NCBI GenBank assembly: GCA_023920165.1
Contig: CP089278.1
Span: 868,001-932,000, forward strand
Source of the DNA: Curvularia clavata
Lineage: Eukaryota
Direction: 5' to 3'
DNA: 64,000 nucleotides
Position numbers and translations under genes: made by a program. The notes beneath the pieces are model-generated. The model was not told the DNA's origin. It worked only from the letters and a program-made list of their open reading frames with translations, and ran no database searches. Shown one piece after another: positions 60,696-64,000 of the stretch (positions are counted from its first letter, which is position 1; each line of letters begins with the position of its first letter).

Positions 60696-63260
60696 TCACC
60701 AACTCCCAAGACTAGCATTCCCCAAATCCCTCCTATAATTCTCACTCAACCCATCAAAAGAATCTAGATTATCCACTCCGCCACCCGGACACTTCCAATC
60801 CCTATCGTAGGCCTTATCAGGGAGGATACCAGCCTCACGTCCACGCCTATAACTCCACTGCGTAGAACTCTCCGTCTCCCACGTCCAGTAGAACCAGCCC
60901 CAGCCAGCCTCAAAGGCATCCATCTGGCCGATAGCAAACTGGTAGAGCCATTTTTTGTATTCGGGAGAGTAGGAGCCAGGGTCTGCGTTTGCTTGTGTGC
61001 AGGAGCACTGTGAGGACTGCAGGGGACACTGGGGCGCGAGCACGGCACCGGTCTTGTCGGTCGGTTGGAGAGTGCCTTCCCAGCGGGAACCTGTGCCGAC
61101 GTTGTTGATGTACTGTGTACAGTCTGTGTCTGCCTGGGACCATTCGCCGCACATGGTGGGGCCGAAGCCTGTTTGCGTGTTCATGCTGCGTTTGGACTGC
61201 TGGGTCCATGCTTCGCAGGCAAAGTTTAGCTTGTCGCGGTGCTTGAGTTTGATCTGGTCTGTGTTGAAGATGACGTATTGGTGCACGTCGAGGAGTAGGT
61301 TCTTGTTGTTTTGCAGCTTGCCTTGCCATTTGTCCAGGCCCATGAAGCCGTCGCCGAAGATGATGATGGCGGTGATGCCATCGGATCGGATTTGGTCAAT
61401 AGCTTTTTGTGTCCAGGAGAGGACCTTGTCCGTGTCGAGTTCGACCATGCGCGGTTCGTTGACCAGGCCGTACATGGTGACGAGGTTTTTGTAGCGGTCT
61501 TGCGCGAAGAAGACTGAAAGCTTGTGGTGGATTTCTAGACTGCGTTCAGCATTGCGGTCGCCGTCGGTACCATTCAGCCAGCCGATCACGCCTTGACGGC
61601 CGGAATGGTTCCAGCCGTTTTGGCTGCCGGGTGCGCCGTGAAGATCGAGGTTCACGCGTAGCCCGTTTTGGCGGCAGTACTCGATGCCGCGGAGGAGGTA
61701 CCGCCATGACACCTGCGGAACGTATACATCGTCATCGTAGGTCTGTACTATCCAATAGCCAAAGGGAAAGCGGACATGGTCCATGCCAGCCTCTCGGATC
61801 TTAGCAAATGTCTCCCTGGTAATAAAGGTTGCGTAGTGCTTCTCCATTGTCGTTTTGGCTTTGGCGGGCCCCAGCTTACTGAGGAACGTCCATTCGTCCA
61901 CCACGTTGTCCTTTGATCCATATTGCGAGAAGAAGGATGGCGTGATGAACGGCTCGAGGTTGAGCCAGCCGCCAACGTTAACACCACGGATTGGTGTCTT
62001 GCCATACTCGAATTTGTCTGACAGCTTTGGTACAGAAGGATTAGCTTGAACGTCGTCGTTCCATGTAGAGTTCAGTCCGATAATGGGGAGACCTCCGACA
62101 AGCTCGTTTGTGTAGGTGACGTTGAAGTCCGTGGTATCGTACCATGACCAGGGGTCCAATATGCCACCTCGATCCTGTTCTGGCACGCTGTTTCTGTCCT
62201 TGCCCGCCAGATTGCTGTTCGATGGCTCAGATGACGCGCTCCCTGTGGATCCGCCCCCTGTGTTGGCAGAGCTACTGTTCTTGCCTGATAACACAACCGC
62301 CACGGGTATGATAATGGCCAACAAAAGAATAACAGAAAGTACACCTATCAGTATACGCTTCCGTTTCTTCTTCCGTGCAAGCTCCTCCTCTGAGTATACT
62401 GTTGGTGCACCGCCTCCTCCACGCTTCTCCATCATATAGCGGTATTCAGAATCGTCGTCGATGCCTCCTTCTTCAGCCAATGGACCGCTGATGACACGCC
62501 GTTTTTTCTGCTCAGTCCTGTGCTGCTTGTCCTGCCGTCTCCGTTCCCTCCTCTCTTCGGCCTCTGACTCTGTGTATCTGGATTCACGCCGCCGTCTCCG
62601 CTCCTCTCTTTCATCTTCAGTGTAGGAACCCCGCTTCCTATCGAGTTCATCTTCAGTTTGACTTGCTTTCAACGCAGCTGCTTTCCGCCGTTCTTCACGT
62701 CGCCGTCTCGCCTTTTCTTCATGCATGGCTGCATCGCTCTCTGCAGCACGCCGCCTGGCTTCCTCCTCCTTTTCCTGCCTCCTCTTCTCCGCACGTTCTT
62801 CCTTTATCCTCTCCTTTTCAAGGTTCTTCTCTTTCCTCCTCACCTCCTTGAGATAGTCCTCGTCGTAGTCGTAGGTTCCCCAGCCTCCTGACTTCTTTGC
62901 GTTGGTCTTGTCAAGCTTTGCGAGGGCTTCCAAGCTCAAGGGCGCAGAGCTCCGGCTGCCGCTTCCATCTGTCCTGGAGTTGCGACGGGAGCCCCGCGCT
63001 TTGCGGGGAGCTGGAGACTCATGTTCCGTATCGCTCTGTTGTCTCGAGCGGCGTTGGGGCCGCGGTAGCACATCTCCCTGTGAGTCGGTTGCTCGGTGGC
63101 CCTTTCTTCGCCTCCCTTCAGCATCAGGTGCCGCTCGTTCGCCATGGGATTCTCTCCGCCGGCGTCGTTCCGGGTCGGTATCACCGTGCGATTCTCTGCG
63201 TCGTCTTCGTTCATCGCCATGGGGCCGTCTACGTGACGGATCACGATCGCGGTCGCTCAT
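60696..63260 (-). CDS. exgD: Type II membrane GH5 glucan 1,3-beta-glucosidase D (ExgD-like)
   Basis: Charged cytosolic N-terminus, TM segment ILIGVLSVILLLAIIIPVAVVL, then RGVNVGGWLNLEPFITPS, DLHGAPGSQNGWNHSG, LVNEP (acid/base), CGEWS (nucleophile) and GWFYWTW. Confidence 0.94.
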   Translation of the reverse strand: MSDRDRDPSRRRPHGDERRRRRESHGDTDPERRRRRESHGERAAPDAEGRRRKGHRATDSQGDVLPRPQRRSRQQSDTEHESPAPRKARGSRRNSRTDGSGSRSSAPLSLEALAKLDKTNAKKSGGWGTYDYDEDYLKEVRRKEKNLEKERIKEERAEKRRQEKEEEARRRAAESDAAMHEEKARRRREERRKAAALKASQTEDELDRKRGSYTEDEREERRRRRESRYTESEAEERRERRRQDKQHRTEQKKRRVISGPLAEEGGIDDDSEYRYMMEKRGGGGAPTVYSEEELARKKKRKRILIGVLSVILLLAIIIPVAVVLSGKNSSSANTGGGSTGSASSEPSNSNLAGKDRNSVPEQDRGGILDPWSWYDTTDFNVTYTNELVGGLPIIGLNSTWNDDVQANPSVPKLSDKFEYGKTPIRGVNVGGWLNLEPFITPSFFSQYGSKDNVVDEWTFLSKLGPAKAKTTMEKHYATFITRETFAKIREAGMDHVRFPFGYWIVQTYDDDVYVPQVSWRYLLRGIEYCRQNGLRVNLDLHGAPGSQNGWNHSGRQGVIGWLNGTDGDRNAERSLEIHHKLSVFFAQDRYKNLVTMYGLVNEPRMVELDTDKVLSWTQKAIDQIRSDGITAIIIFGDGFMGLDKWQGKLQNNKNLLLDVHQYVIFNTDQIKLKHRDKLNFACEAWTQQSKRSMNTQTGFGPTMCGEWSQADTDCTQYINNVGTGSRWEGTLQPTDKTGAVLAPQCPLQSSQCSCTQANADPGSYSPEYKKWLYQFAIGQMDAFEAGWGWFYWTWETESSTQWSYRRGREAGILPDKAYDRDWKCPGGGVDNLDSFDGLSENYRRDLGNASLGSW

Positions 63261-64000
63261 TGCTAGAGGATGACTGGGTGCGAAGAGCTCTGGTATGTCG
63301 GGAATGCCAAAGCGCGGTGAAGGGTCGTGGGGCTAGAAGCACTTCATATGGCACTGGCCATCGCCAAAAGAAAACACACTGTTGACACGGAATAACGATA
63401 GGTTGGGCAGCAGACTCGGACTTGTATTCAGGCGATCAAGGGTTTGCGCATTGGTGACGAATAGGTACAATGGCGGCTGGCTGCAGCATGGGTTAAGCTT
63501 GCTGCGATGTTAAGGTGGTTGCTGGGGTGATTTGTGTTGATAGCGTACCTGACGTGGCGGAGCGGGCTGGGCACACCCTAAGCCGCTTGGGTTGCGGTCT
63601 TGGAAATGCGGCAAACAAGAACTTGGAATAAATTTGCAACCTGATTTGCTAAACAGGATTGGTATTTCTTGGGATGTACGTGCCATGCAGTGGTGGACTT
63701 GTCAGCACATACTCGAGACGTAGGCACGTGTTTGTACCCGTTGGGACCAATCTGTGCCCTCTAGTTCTTCGTGTTGGTGCATGTGTGCCAATTGCAGCCT
63801 AGAACGCAGGCGGTCAAGTCCGAAGCCATGCACACAATCCTCTGGTACGTCATGCGATAATTGCCGCAACCAACTGGAGCCGTGCATCTGGTCGGGAAGA
63901 ACGGAATGGCCAGCCAGCCCTGCATCGACGAGACGGATCTGCTCAGCCACCTGCACGGCTCGAGTGTATGACATCACAACACATGTCTATGTGTGTGCAA

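Overview
Gene-dense, intron-containing genomic DNA from a filamentous ascomycete (Pezizomycotina): short GT-AG introns with CTRAC-like branch sites and typical fungal gene families. About 20 protein-coding genes are supportable. Ordinary genes include a calpain, a BIM1/X325-like GPI protein, an MFS efflux pump, PTR2, a PNPOx-like protein, DUG2, ayg1, an alpha/beta hydrolase, an F-box protein, a Cue2-like Smr nuclease and the GH5 glucanase ExgD. Interleaved with them are accessory, defence-type genes. The first is a HET-S-type HeLo pore-former ending in a PP/RHIM-like amyloid motif (290-1084), lying tail-to-tail with a calpain that carries ten GR[G/D]GYN prion-like repeats. The others are an AAA ATPase / Clr5-TPR / small ADP-ribosyltransferase-like trio (14.8-22.2 kb), two diverged Gfd2/QIP-like DEDDh exonucleases with matching zinc knuckles, a broken PNP_UDP fusion gene, and a secreted Gly-X-X repeat protein. 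I found no rRNA, tRNA, CRISPR array, NLR NOD domain or intact transposase. All family calls come from motif recognition by eye, not database searches.
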